Assembly (NCBI RefSeq): GCF_018977255.1 | Contig: NW_024704746.1 | Coordinates: 20,522,001-20,586,000 of the forward strand | Length of the DNA: 64,000 nt | Reading direction: 5' to 3' | Source of the DNA: Callorhinchus milii | Taxonomy: Eukaryota | Shown: piece after piece, positions 1 through 12,675 of the stretch | Numbering within the stretch: the first letter of the stretch is position 1 | How the letters are laid out: the number at the start of each line of letters is the position of its first letter | Program-made: the position numbers and the translations under genes | The notes under the pieces: model-generated | The model's input: the letters and a program-made list of their open reading frames with translations, nothing else | What the model was told of the DNA's origin: nothing | The model's database searches: none

Positions 1-1959
1 AAGTAGGATTTTAAAAAGGGGCTGCTATGCTGGTATCGCCTGGCTTGCATAATTTACACAAGCAAACAAAAAAAGGGAATGACTACTTTACAAAGCAACT
101 GTGAGCCCTGACCTTCAGTCTGCAACTTAATGAATTCCATGAGTCTCCGTGGAAATGGTATAAAATGCACAAGACTTTGAGTTAACTCATCTGAGTGCTC
201 AGCTATAGAGGGACAAATATGAATGGATTTTATTGGTTGTTGCGAAATACCAGGTTCCAGTATCAGTTAGAACCAGTTATATTCCAGTTGTAGTTTAACC
301 GGACTACAAATTAAATGTTTGTCCAAGTTTAAAATAACTTGGAACTAGTGGGCACATACAATAACTTGAGTTACATTGCGATTTTCAATAGTCACATTGT
401 AAATACCGTATATGTACTTGTTGGAAATGTATTGCATTTAATGGTTTTGAATCGTTTCCTGGAAATTTAAACATTTTAAAATGTAGTTTACATAAAACTT
501 TTTAAACTAATATCCCAGATTGATTGGTGTGAACCGTTGAATACAATAAAATAATTGGTTTGGGTGATCTGAAATAGCCATGAAATTTCACTTCCAATTG
601 GTTTGAAGCACCTCCAAGTGCTCTGAGACATTAGCTACCCTGTGTGGAGGCTGCTGTATAAGTGAAAGTTGTTGTTGTTTTAATGGGGCTTTTATGGAGT
701 GTAAATAAATTACAGATGTTTAGATTTGGGCATAAAAAAAGCCTTCATTTTGCAACTGAAATTCCTCCCTATTCTTTCAAGTAAAGACATCACTCGCATA
801 AGTCTTAGACTTTTATTCTGTATTGGAATAGTTTATGTCCTTACCTTGTTGAGAGCTTTGTCTCAGTATGGATTAGAATACCATTGGGACACTGGTGCCC
901 TCACCAAATTATGTCATGAATAGTTAATGACAAATTGTGAGATCTTCAGGCAGGAAATAAAGTTTATATTTGAAGGCTATAAATAATACAAAATGTTCTT
1001 TGTGCACGCACTACTGTGTGCTTGCTCTCCTAATTTTTTTAAAATTCATTAGTGGTGCACTTACCTGTTTCTTTGAGGGTTTTCAAATGTTTGCATCAAT
1101 TTTTAAGGGTTAATGATAGTTGGAGTTTTCAATATAAATGATATTTAATTCAGGAGGGAAAAGAAGCTTTTTGTGTCTCAGAATGAACACTGGCTTTGAG
1201 GTGGGGGTATTGAATCCTTTGATGATTCAGGTGTATATGATTCTAGCTTGTTCTCTGGTGTATGTAACTATTCTGATTCAGGAGGATGGCGAGGGGGGAA
1301 TCTTTTCGCTGCACAAAACCATCCTGTTCAAGCAGCTTGATTTCACTTGCATTGGCTTTTGATGGTTTCTTTTCTCATCTGAAAGGTGGGTCTCACATTA
1401 CACCATTTGGCATTTGGAGGCAGAATAGTTGACTATTTCAGAACTTCAAAATGAATTTAAAATTAAGACTTAGCCAAAATGAGCAGCTGTTCATAGGTCT
1501 ATGCTGTGCGATAAATCAATTGATAACTATTTAATGGTATGAGCTTTGACTGACTCAATCACATTTGTATTTTTGTTAAGGAGGCATTAGTTGCCAGCCT
1601 GCTTTGTACCCGCATTTACCAACGTTTGCTTTTGCCATTTGATCTATTTAGCCAGTTGGCGAAGTCTGTTATGAGTCTGCTAGTGATAACTGTATTGAGG
1701 AGTTTTGGAGAAGGCTCATGTTTTGTCATTAAGATAGATGGATATTACATGAAGCTTATAATACTTTAGTAAAGAGTGATTATTATTACTTTTATTGTCA
1801 GAAAGCATTTCCAGTGACAAAATACATCCCGGGTTGGTTCTAAATTCTGTTTAGCCACGATTATAAAATACCTCAGAAAAATGGCGCAAATACACCAATC
1901 CAATTTTTTTTAAGATGACCAATTGATGACAATCCTTTGGGGGTGGGTGCGTTAAGCAG

Positions 1960-2435
1960 GGTGTCCTTGGAGCTGAACTGGCTCCAAGATGATATTTTGA
2001 CAATAGAAAGTCAGAATCGAGCCAACCCTCTGTAGCAGTTTCAGTAGTCCAGTTCCTGAGCCAGGTACTCCAGGACAGCCCAGCCAACAGCAGTTGTAAG
2101 GGCAGACCACTCTCTGGGGGCCAGGGATTCTTCCCATTCATCTCCTGTTAACTCTGCAAGCTCAAACCCTAATGGATAGGGTGGTCTTAACTGGGCTGTC
2201 AGCAGGAAAGCTTGCCAGGCAGTGCTCACAGTGGCAGGCTGTGTGTTTTTAGCTGGTTAGACTCCAGCAGTACCCTAATAAACACATCTCGGGGCCCCCA
2301 AGCCTTGGCAACTTGTGCCCAGGTATTCTCCAGAATTATTATTCAGCAGTGTGCATTCCATTCAAATAAATAGCTGGGGAATTTCCATGTAAAGGGGGGG
2401 TGCATGGAGCTCTGCTCGATTTGGATACTGATTGG
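1960..2435 (-). repeat. Unclassified interspersed repeat, copy A
   Basis: The reverse complement aligns to about 18165-18745 (catggaaattcc, ttgaatgg.atgca, ccaaggcttgggg, gggtactgctggagtctaa, ctggcaagctttc, gaccaccc). The forward strand aligns to 19870-19960. Confidence 0.75.
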
Positions 2436-3208
2436 TGATGGGTTTCTGCACGTGTCCAGCTGATCAAAACATCTCTTTTCCCTCCCCCCCCCCCACCCTT
2501 TCAGTGCTGCAAATTGCAAGACACCAGGCATATAACAAAATGGTTCCAAGAAGCCAGTAAACAGCCTGAGTGAAGTCACCTGACATTTAGATGTCGTGCT
2601 CGGCATCAACTCTGCTTGCTGCTTTGCAAGACATTGAACAACATCAAAGTCAAGTTGAGAATCTGACTTGCTTTTAGTCAAATATTTTTGAGTTAAAAGG
2701 AACTATGCAAGTTATATCTTAGGAGCTTTAAGCTGTGTCAGTGTAGAAATCGACAATGCGGTTTCTGTTGGTGGCCTGTGTCTTGGTTCAGGTTATGAAT
2801 TTATCTGATTTAATTTCATTTTGTATCAGGCTCTTCATTACCAGTAGGCAACCATCCAACTGACCAAAATAGATGGTTACTCTGATAAATTTTAACCAAA
2901 CCACACTCCAGATTGAGAAGTGTATTATGTTTGCACATATATTGGCATTGTTTCTTCTTTTCCACCCGACCTTGATGAAATTTCACAATATGATTTATTT
3001 GAATCACTGCATTCATTGTTATTGTAACAAATTTAATATTCATCACTTGCTAGTTACCTCCAAAGGAGAATAGTTCAATTAAAGTGTTAATGAGTAAATT
3101 TCTGCAGGAAGCTGACAATGTGAATCTGGTGGCTTTAATGCAGGGGGAAGTCAATGACTTTGAATTGCTTGCGTCTATGTTTATTCAATAATGCCAAGGC
3201 AGGTGAAA

Positions 3209-3677
3209 GCAACAACAAAATTACATTTGTATAGCACCTTTCATGTCGGGAGGACGTCCCAAGGCGCTGGACAGTCAGTGTTTCGGACCCGAGCTGGGGG
3301 TCAGGATTGGGGAGGGTGGAAGGCATGGGGGGATGGAGGGTGATCGAAAGTACGACCGAAGAGGAGCATCCTAAGATGGGTCCTTCAAGGAGGTAAGGTA
3401 GGAGGCCAGGTGGAGGGACTGTGGGAGGTCTAGTGGGTGGGGGCTGAGTGGCTGAAGGCCAACCTGCCAAAGGTGGCGCAGGCGAGGCGGGGATGTGAAG
3501 CAGACCGGAACCCACTGAGCGTTGAGAGTGGGCAAGTTGGTAGGAGGTTAGGAGGTTGTAGAAGTAGTGGGGAGCGAGGCTATGGAGGGCTTTGAAGATG
3601 AAGATCAGGATCTTGAACTGTATCCTCTGTGTGATGGGAAGCCAGTGGAGTCCGGTGAAGCTGGGGTGATAGGTTCA
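3209..3677 (-). mobile_element. L2 LINE 3' fragment
   Basis: (caa)n tail, 3' stem-loop and GC-rich ORF2 C-terminus (reverse complement encodes ...LHWLP..QRIQFKIL...). Confidence 0.85.
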
Positions 3678-4064
3678 TTAATGCTTTAAAAGCTGAAAAT
3701 TGTGTGTGTCTATGTGCATGTGGTGGTATGGTATTTTTGCACAATTGCTTTCACCTCACAGTTTCGTTTTTTTTAAAAAGTAGAAGGCCCATTCTGTCAT
3801 CCATTCCAGTTATGAATTAGCTTGCATAATTATGGCCAAAGGAGGCCATGCTTTGTAATATAAAAATATGTAACCAAAATTACAGTTTATGAAATGTAAC
3901 TTGAGATTTTCAGGTTTTTATAAAATGTGTTGTTGCATTTGACTTGATTCTTTACTCTTTCCCTCCCTACCCCAATACAGTTAGTACTGGATTTCTTAGA
4001 GCTGAATTCTTTTGAAACTTGGGTTTCCCATTCTTTACTGTGCATTGCAGCGTTGGGAGTATTT

Positions 4065-4083
4065 GGGGGGGGGGGGGGGGGGG
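4065..4083 (+). repeat. Poly-G tract (19 G)
   Basis: Read directly. C14 tracts also occur at 13218-13231 and 39667-39680. Confidence 0.9.
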
Positions 4084-4784
4084 ATTACAATAAGCTTTGT
4101 TTCTCCCTTTTGGAGAAAATAAAGATTATGTGACTAGATAACTATACATGTTCAGTGAAATCAAACTCTGCGATAGTACTTAAATGGCTGCTACTTGTTA
4201 GAATAATTGTGACAACTTCTCAAATTGTAAAAATAGACCTTCAGTGCATTTGTTGATTTCATCTTTGTCTGACATGCATTTCTGCCTTGGGACATTATGC
4301 AAAATATAGTGGAGGTGATAAGTGATTTCTAACTCAAGTTTTTTGTTTGGTGATGTGGATATTATTTTGTCCGTAGAGGATGGTAGACTTCTGGATGAGC
4401 AAATTATCGAAGACTGAGAAGGGAAGGTTCAAATTGTAACAACCTTGCATGTTTGAGATTAAAGTTTCGCCAAAGCTTTGGGTTGTTTAATGTAGGAGAG
4501 AGGTGAGGACTTGCTGTTGAGGCTGATAGGAGCTCACGTTGAAAAAGCTAAATTGAAACAGTTGTTTAAATTCTTTTAAAACTTTCCAATATGTGTGTTT
4601 AAAAGAATGTTATTGTATCATGAAATTCTTGAAAATCGAAATATTCTTTATAGTGGAAAATTAAAGTCAACAATTTCCATTGTACAACAAAGTTGATATC
4701 TTGTTACCAGAATGCTTTTTTGAAAAGAATTTATCAACATAGTAAAAACAAGTTTTTAAAACAAATGTTTTCTACTTACATTAA

Positions 4785-5066
4785 CACTTGAACCACATCA
4801 GGACTCCAAAAGAGTGCTGCATTGTCAGAAGTGCTGTCCTTTGGAGGTCCCATCTGCCTTTGACAACATTCGAAAAGGGCATTTCTTGTGGTGTCTTGGA
4901 CAGAAATCCCTCAGATAATATTGGGCATTCACTTCATGGCTATCTGTGAGGCATTGTTGTGCACAAATTGGATGCTGCATTCGCTGACAAATACAGTCAT
5001 TACTCCTTACAGTAAATCCTGTACAGTGCTTTGAGACATAAAAAGTTCTGTATGAAATGCAAGGAT
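4785..5066 (+). mobile_element. Degraded DeuSINE
   Basis: gtgctgcattgtcagaagtgctgtcctttgga...ggctatctgtgaggcattgttgtgcacaaattgg...aaatacagtca...aaatgcaagg. Confidence 0.6.
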
Positions 5067-6016
5067 GGTTGCCATTTCACAGCTGCAAGCTGATGATGTG
5101 AGGTTGCTAAACATCAAGTCAAATTCTATGGATATTTTAACTGTTTCCATATTTTCTGAAATGTTTTTACTAGAATGCATATTCACTAACACTTAATCTC
5201 AAGCAACACCCTGGAAAAATAATTTGGTGATGAAATGTCTAGTTTTCCTTAAGGGGTTGGTAGCATCAAATACCATCACTGTTGATGGCATTATAATTGA
5301 TTTAAATGGTGGGAAGCAGCTATTCTGAATATAAATAACGATCCACTTTGAAAAATATTTTTACTACATAGATAAAACTTTGCAAACTTAATTACGGCTT
5401 TGAATATAGATGCTGGAGTTTGGGTATATGCGTGTTTATTTTTTTTAAAAAAACAGCTGAAGTATTTATTAGTATAGGCCAAAAATTTATTGGTGTATTA
5501 TTATGGCCAACCTAATGTGAAGCAAATATGCCATGCTGGATAGAACTCCTGTGGTATATGCTGTTTCTATTGCTGGATGATTTCCACAGTATATTTGATC
5601 CACCTTTGAACAACTGTTTATGTCCAAGCTAGGGATCACTGCTTTCCTTGATGGATGGTGGAATGCACCATAAGTGAAACTGCTTGCTGATGTTATTGAG
5701 CGATTGAGTTACTCAGGCCACCTTAAACAAAAATATGATTCTCGTCAACACCCTCTAAGATTTAAAGTTGTTTCTGGAAGCTGTTGAAGGGATGGCTATT
5801 ACCACCTCCTTTCGCTTGTGTAAAAATCTCCAACCACACCAGTGAGTGCTATGTTTGATTTGTTGCTTTGTCATTGACTCAGGGTTGCACTCAGGTGGGA
5901 TTACTCGTCCACATGATGGAGACAAACATTATTATTTGCTGCTGACTAGATCCCAGGATTTGATTATGTTGTTGAGTGGCCTGGGTGTATGCAGTCTTAA
6001 CTTAAATGCAGATAGT

Positions 6017-6410
6017 AATAATCCTTGCATTTGATATAATGTCTTTCACATTGGAAGGATGTCTCAAAAGGCATTAGAGGCTTTAGTGTAACATGTCGTG
6101 ACTGGCTGCTGCATTCGCCTACAAAATACAATTTGCCACAGCAGTATCCCCCAAGCAGCCGTGAGGTGAGCAGCCAATTTTACACCTGGTGATTGTTGGC
6201 CAGGATACAGTAAGAAACTCGTTTCTCTTTTCACATCATGCCATGGGATCCTTTATGTCCACTTGAGAAGGTAAACTGTGGATAAAAGTGGAATGTTTAA
6301 CATCTCATCCAAAGATGACAGCTCCCATCAATGCAGTGGAGGCTCCCCCAGGATTGCATTGGAGTGTCAGGCTAGATTATGTGAATTCAAAATCCCAATA
6401 TGTGGCTTGG
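6017..6410 (-). mobile_element. Degraded DeuSINE
   Basis: aataatccttgcatttg tail, ttgttggccagga, tgccatgggatcctttatgtccac, tttaacatctcatccaaagatgacagc (Deu core, reverse complement). Confidence 0.65.
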
Positions 6411-8188
6411 TGAGAGTTTCAAGTGTGAAATGCATGTTGAAAATGTGGAAAGATGAATTTCTTTCGTCAAAGCAATACTGAAAGATCGATTTACGATTTT
6501 TTTTTAAAAAAAGAGACGGGAGAATGGTTTTACGTTTCTAGTTGTCTTTGCTCTTGGATAATCCAAAGAGCCATGACCCAAAATGTTAAGATGGTATGAA
6601 CATTTAAATGCAGGATGCTTTGTGTGGGTCTGCTGATATATGTACGATATTTAACCAATGGGTAGAGAACATTAGCTTTTTTTACATTGGATATAAGCTT
6701 AAAAAAGAAAATGCATGAAATTGTATAAGAAATAGAATAATGGACTGCAGTCAGATTCATAGTGACTTTACAAAGCGATCTGTATGATTGTAAATGGAAC
6801 ATTTTGTTCTGCGACATGTTGCATTTGGAATGACTAAAAGTGGAATTGGTAATAATATTGAACAAGCACATGTATGGCAAACCCATTGCAAATGTGTATC
6901 TTATGATCTTATCTCCTGGGTTGAGCAATGTAGCCCATGGAATTCTAAGAAGTGCTACGTTGATAATTTTTATATCACAGATTATGCAATCCGTTTCTTA
7001 GGTTTCTTTCACACTTAAAGGCAAAATGGCCTGATGATGGACTCATTTTTCTTTTCATGTTCTATTTATGCTTCTATGTATACTAGGTCAAGGTTTATCT
7101 CAAAACTTTTTAAAGGGGAGGTTTTGTGCATTTTCTTCTTGCAGAGTGCTTTATCAATGGTGCCTCAGAACCATTTATCAGAGCTTTCAGATTGTTTTCT
7201 GTGATTTGTGTGATTTGTTCTTGGTCTATTGTGATGCTGCTGCTGATGTCGTAGCTCTTCTTCATTGCAGTCAAGTGTTGATAATGTGATTACATTTTTT
7301 TAAACTGAACTTGTGGAGTAAAGGTGACTACTATTAGAAAACAGTTGGAAATATGATTTGGGTCCCTTATTGAATTTAACCTTGTACGTATGCAACAAAT
7401 TAATTTGGACTGCGTCCATGTCTAATAGACCTCGGCCATCTGTCCAGCCATTTATATCCATATACAAAATAAGCAGTATTGCAACTGAAGTTGAAGCCAC
7501 AAAGCTATTATTTTACCAGGCGTAAAATAGGTAACATCTGTGTGGTTATGGCATATTTGTGTCATTTGATCACTTGTGTTTTCTTGTGTCACACTTAATA
7601 TTGAGCTGGAATGAAAACCTCTGAAGTAAATGTACAGCTTTTCAAAAAAATAAAATGATTGTTATCTTAAATATTTTGGTGCTGAATAAAAATTTATTTT
7701 AAAGATAAAATGTTGACCCTTAGACCCATAGAAATTTGTTTTAAGCTTTTGGGCCATATTTTGTAATTCTGAAACAAATACTGACATAACCAAGCTACTC
7801 AAATGTCGGGAGTAGTTTTATTACTGTAATGTTAGCCTGAACTACTTAAAATACATTTTAATTGCACTTTAGTTCTGCTTATCCGATTACCGTTTCTCCA
7901 CATCCTTTCTCAGCTTTTTTAAAAAAATAAGTTCTGCCCATTGTAACCTAGTTATCATTTCTATACATTATTGTGGCTGAAAAAAATAACCCATCTTACT
8001 TATTTTATTTCTTCTTCCCCTCTCTGCCAACATGTTTTGAAAAAAGTAGCTTTAAAGACTTGCTTTTGGTCAATCAAACCTTGGAATATTAAAAATGTGT
8101 TGTATTGCCTTGTATCTGTGCAAAGTTAGTGATCCTATTTGGTAACCATGAATTAGGCTGGTGCTGTAACATTTTCAATCATTTTCTA

Positions 8189-8316
8189 NNNNNNNNNNNN
8201 NNNNNNNNNNNNNNNNNNNNNNNNNNNNNNNNNNNNNNNNNNNNNNNNNNNNNNNNNNNNNNNNNNNNNNNNNNNNNNNNNNNNNNNNNNNNNNNNNNNN
8301 NNNNNNNNNNNNNNNN
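8189..8316. other. Assembly gap (128 N)
   Basis: Run of n characters next to the 3' tail of a minus-strand CR1. Confidence 1.
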
Positions 8317-9010
8317 AGAAATAAAAACATAGGAACCAGAGTAGGCCATTTAGACCCACGGAGCCTGTCTCACCAGAGCAACTCAATTACACCTCCCAGC
8401 TCTCTCCACATCCCTTGATACCCCTGACTACCAAGCATATATCTGCTTCCCTTTTAAATTCCTTAACTGACTCTGCCTGCACTGCCCTCTGGGGGAGTGA
8501 ATTCTACACAAACGGTTTAGTCTCAAGTTTAAGACTATGGCCCCTAGTCCCCAATTCTCTTGCCAGAGGAAACAGTTGCTCACTATTCAGATCTCTCCAT
8601 AATTTTACATACCTCAATCAGATCACCCCTCAATCTGCTGAACTCTAGAGAATACAAACTCCTTTTACCATAGTTCCACTCATTCTTTTAAGCTGCCTAT
8701 ATTCCTCTGCAATTTTCAACTGGCATCTTCATAACTTAGTATCATCTGCAAACTTGGATAGAATCCCTTCTAAGCCTTCATCTAGACTGTTAATGTGTGC
8801 AGTAAAAAGCGGGGACCCCAACACAGAATCCTTAGGAACACTGCTCGTGACTGCTTGTCAAATGCCTTCTCAAAATCCATGTAAACCACATCCATTGACC
8901 TTACCATGTCCACCACTTTACTAACCTTCAAAAATTTCCACCAGGTTTTCAATCAGGACTTACAAATCCATGCTGACTTTTCTTAATCAGTTTATACCTA
9001 TCCAAGTGGT
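8317..9010 (-). mobile_element. CR1 LINE, internally deleted fragments
   Basis: Tail cataggaaccagagtaggccatttag; gtatcatctgcaaactt is the reverse complement of KFADDT. Confidence 0.75.
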
Positions 9011-9361
9011 CGTTTACAAGCTAATAGAATAAATGTTTTCCAGACATGGGTACTATTATATTTTTAATATTTTCTTCATTAGGAAGTGAGTCAACTGTTG
9101 CAATTTAGTTAGAGTTTTGTATGATGAGTAGTAAGATTTTAACTTGCAAGAATTAATACAGCTGAATTTGTTCTGAATTGTAAAGTAGTGCATATGTTAG
9201 CATCTGCTCATATATGTCCAGAATGAATAGATTTGAATTTCATGCATATTGGTTGTGCTTTGTGTGATTTAATCATATCTTCTTTACATTCTCTGAAAAC
9301 TGTGATAAGATAAATAATACATTATCTGGTCTCTATTATTTTAAATGGGGAATTGGGAGAA

Positions 9362-9530
9362 GAAACAAAAGGCAATACTGCAGATGCTGGAAATCTGAAA
9401 TAAAACCAGAAGTCGCTGGGAACACTCAGCAGGTCAGGCAGCATCAATGGAGAGAGGAAAGTGGTTCAATGTTTCAGATCGATGACCTTTCTGACGAAAG
9501 ATTTCTGACGAAAGATCATCCATTTGAAAT
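9362..9530. mobile_element. Penelope-like element terminal repeat fragment (palindromic junction)
   Basis: ctgcagatgctggaaatctgaaataaaac...ctcagcaggtcaggcagcatc..tggagagag...gtttcagatcgatgacctttc resembles a common chondrichthyan PLE terminus as I recall it. Inverted arms at 9471-9491 and 9510-9529. Confidence 0.6.
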
Positions 9531-9760
9531 GGAAGCGCTGGATGATAGGTTGGAGAGTGAGGAGGTCGGAGAGCTAGGGACGTGGGGAGTGAAGGGATTT
9601 GAACACGAGTGTGAGGATCTTGAAGTCAATCTGTTCGATGATGTGGAGCCTGGCCAGAACTGGGTGGGTATGGAGTTTGGTCCAGTTAAGTACACTGACA
9701 GCAGAGTTCTGAATGAGCTGGTGCTTTTGAATAGTGGAGCTTGGGAGACCGGCGAGGAAT
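9530..9760 (-). mobile_element. L2 LINE ORF2 fragment
   Basis: gtgaggatcttgaagtcaatctg...gcagagttctgaatgagct...ggagaccggcgagg is the reverse complement of the LAGLP...LIQNSA...RIDFKIL region. Confidence 0.7.
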
Positions 9761-11408
9761 TTAACCTATTTTAAGTGAGGTGCTAATCCCCTTTTTACGA
9801 AATCTGGTGTGACTTTTGTTAGAATTAACTGTAGGTTTTGTCTCTAGATTTTAATGGCATTAAGTTCCTTATCAGAGACAGTAAGCTTTTTCACCAGCAT
9901 TGCAGTGTAAGGTGACCTTGAACGTTTTTTTTTCAGTCTGCACCATTAATTAGTCATTAACAGCCCAGAGTCATGTAACAAAAGCAATAGTCTAGCCATA
10001 AAAGGTGTGTAAGATGTGTTATCTTGCTTCAATACCATATATGGTTGCAACTCTTATAGGGAGTTGTTGTCCCAGATTTGTTGTCTAAATAGCTAAATAA
10101 AGTTTATTTTGTTGAAACTGTCCTGTATTTTACATATTGCTATCTATTAACTCTTTCCCTTATCCCATCCCAATGAGGTGTGTCACATCTCTGAATACTG
10201 AGACTGACTTGATGTACGGTTATAGATTTGTGCACACTGATGTAACTTGTAATGTTTTGTGTTGAATTCCTTCACAATTCATTTTGTTTGATTCACATCA
10301 GCACCAAGCATCTAAACAGCAAAAATTCCCTCAATTTACCGTAAATGTACAGATTGACAGTAGTGTACAGTCACAGGAAAATTGTGTATGACCGCATTCA
10401 ATATCTGTGTTCTTGTCACGATTCTTTTATACTAAGGGCTACAGAAATAGAAAATGTATTTAACGGGCCTGGAGCCATGCATGGACAGATATTGTGTGAC
10501 TTTTAGCAATGTATTGGCTCCTGCCAGCCTTATGACTCCTTTAATAAATAAAATAACAATATCTAAGATGTTATAATGAAGCTTGTGCATTAACATGAGT
10601 TGCAATAAAAAAAACCTTCACAGATATGTTGAAGCAGAAATGCTGCCTGATTCAGTCTGGAGTTCAGTTGCAATTTTGCGAATTAAACCTACAGAAATAA
10701 TTTAGGTCGCCGTGCTTTCCATAACCCGTCTTTGGGAAAAGGACGTTTTATTAGCGAAGGATGTATATCTGGAAAAAAGACTGGTGGAATGGGAACTAGG
10801 TACTGGCTAGAGGTGAACAAGGATAACTTGCTATGAAGCAGTTCTTCTGGTGTATCGAGTGTGCAATATCTGGAAGTGGGTAATTCTGATACCACAGATA
10901 TTCCAGCTACCTGGAACTACTTGGGATCAGAGTTGCTCCTGCAAAAGGAATTGATACTTCATGTTCTGCAGTGGTAGGTGGCTTTAGTTGTTTTTACAGC
11001 ACCTGTGGCTCAGCGATAGGTAAATGGCTATCTCTTCTACCTGCAATGCCTCTATTGACAAGGCTTTGGCTAAAGATGTAAAATAAACTGTTCAGAAGGC
11101 TGAGTTTACATGAGACTTGTCAATCTGCTGTCCCAACAGCCGAATTAAGGTGTAGAATCCCCAGCAATGATGGAATTCCTGATCTGGGTGACAATACTTG
11201 TCCTATGGCGGCAATGCCCCCATTTGCTGGATCTGGAAGCTTCTCAAAGCCTCTGCCTGATCCACCTGTATCTCCCCCTCAGGATGATCCTCATGCTGGT
11301 ATATTTAACACAACCCACAGCTGAGCAATCGCATGAGTGTAATTAAATACGACCATTCCAAACACACTTAGTTATATGGGATTTTAAAGTCTGAACAATG
11401 GCACTACA

Positions 11409-11722
11409 GGAGCCCTGTAGCTCAGTGGTTAGAGCGCTCGCCTCGCAAGTGAGAGACCTGAGTTTGATTCCCAGCAGGGTGAAACCTTGGGCAAGTTTCC
11501 TTACTCCACACGCCTGATAATAATCCCTCAAGAAAATAAATGATAAAATTGGTCATTTCAATCCACCACTGTTTGTGGGACGCTGCTGTGCGCAATTGGT
11601 TACCACGTTTCGCCCACAAATATACAGTCAATTCACTTTACAGTATATTCTGTGAAGCGCTTTGAGTCGTCTAGAAGACATGGAAAGCACTACATCAAAT
11701 GCAAGGATTATTATTTTATTAT
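11409..11722 (+). mobile_element. Young tRNA-Ala-derived SINE, full length (partial Deu-like core, L2-type tail)
   Basis: A box (tagctcagtggttagagc), B-box-like gagtttgattcc, shared core ctgtttgtggga..ctgctgtgcgcaattgg, tail ...aaatgcaagga(tta)n. More than 12 homologous copies in the window. Confidence 0.9.
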
Positions 11723-11847
11723 CTTGAACAATATTACCAAAATGTGGACAATAAGTTTGTTACAATTTCAGATTTCTTACTATAAACAAGTAACAACAAA
11801 ATTGCTAGATTTAGCATTTGGCTTGTGACTTCAATCCTTCAGCTATA

Positions 11848-11906
11848 TTGAGATGTCTAGAAGATGTGAAAAGCGCTATATCAAGTGCAAGGATTATTAT
11901 TATATT
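11848..11906 (+). mobile_element. SINE tail-only fragment
   Basis: ttgagatgtctagaagatgtgaaaagcgctatatcaagtgcaagga(tta)n. Confidence 0.8.
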
Positions 11907-12629
11907 AAAATACATTTTATTTAAAGAAACTTAGTAACTTATTTGAATTTTGACCCTACTACACTTCTCTTTTCCACACACTTTAATTGTTTTGGATTTA
12001 TTTTATCTATATGAAATGGAACTTACATCCCTGTGTCTGTTATAATAAAGATGTGTTTAATATGGCAGCTACAATAACAACAACTACTTGCATTTACATA
12101 GCGAGAGTCAAGCAGAGTAGCGTGCTGGAGCTAATACCAATTCCTACTATTTTCTACAACACAAGTTTATTCTGCTTGTATAAACATCTCAGCTTGTTTA
12201 TTTCTTTCTGTTCAGCCCTACTAGTGAACCATTACAATTTAAAAATATAGGAAAAAATCTTGTTTATTAATCTATATAAAATCTGATGCTTAGTAGCATT
12301 TATTGTAATTGCATTGAATGTGCGTTGACATGATCAACGTGCCCTTTTATTCTTTTAAGCTTGTAACCATTCACTACCATGGACTCATTTTATCTTTCTT
12401 TACAAATGCCATCCAACTGAATATCTAGAGAAGCTTGATTTTAAAGTTCACAGGTCTACACATGTTGATTAATCCTGATTGTTTGCCAATCTCCTTAAAC
12501 TTTTGAATGTTTTTATCAAATACAGATAACTTTTTTCCCCACAAATATATAAAAGGCACCCTAAATATTTAATCCATTTCATGTCTATTTTTTGTTAAAC
12601 TGCTGTGTGGTTGTGCTGAAGACGGTACA

Positions 12630-12675
12630 GTTGTCCTTAGCAACAGAACAAAGAGAGTCTGTTTTGTTCATTGCT
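12630..12675. promoter_or_regulatory. Candidate RFX X-box with adjacent SOX-type motifs
   Basis: GTTGTCCTTAGCAAC (12630-12644) followed by AACAAAG and TTTGTT in repeat-free sequence. Motif match only. Confidence 0.35.

Noticed and set aside
12601-12620. REST/RE1-like site (tgctgtgtggttgtgctgaa)
   Set aside because: Only GTGCTGAA matches well; the other half-site and the spacing are non-canonical.
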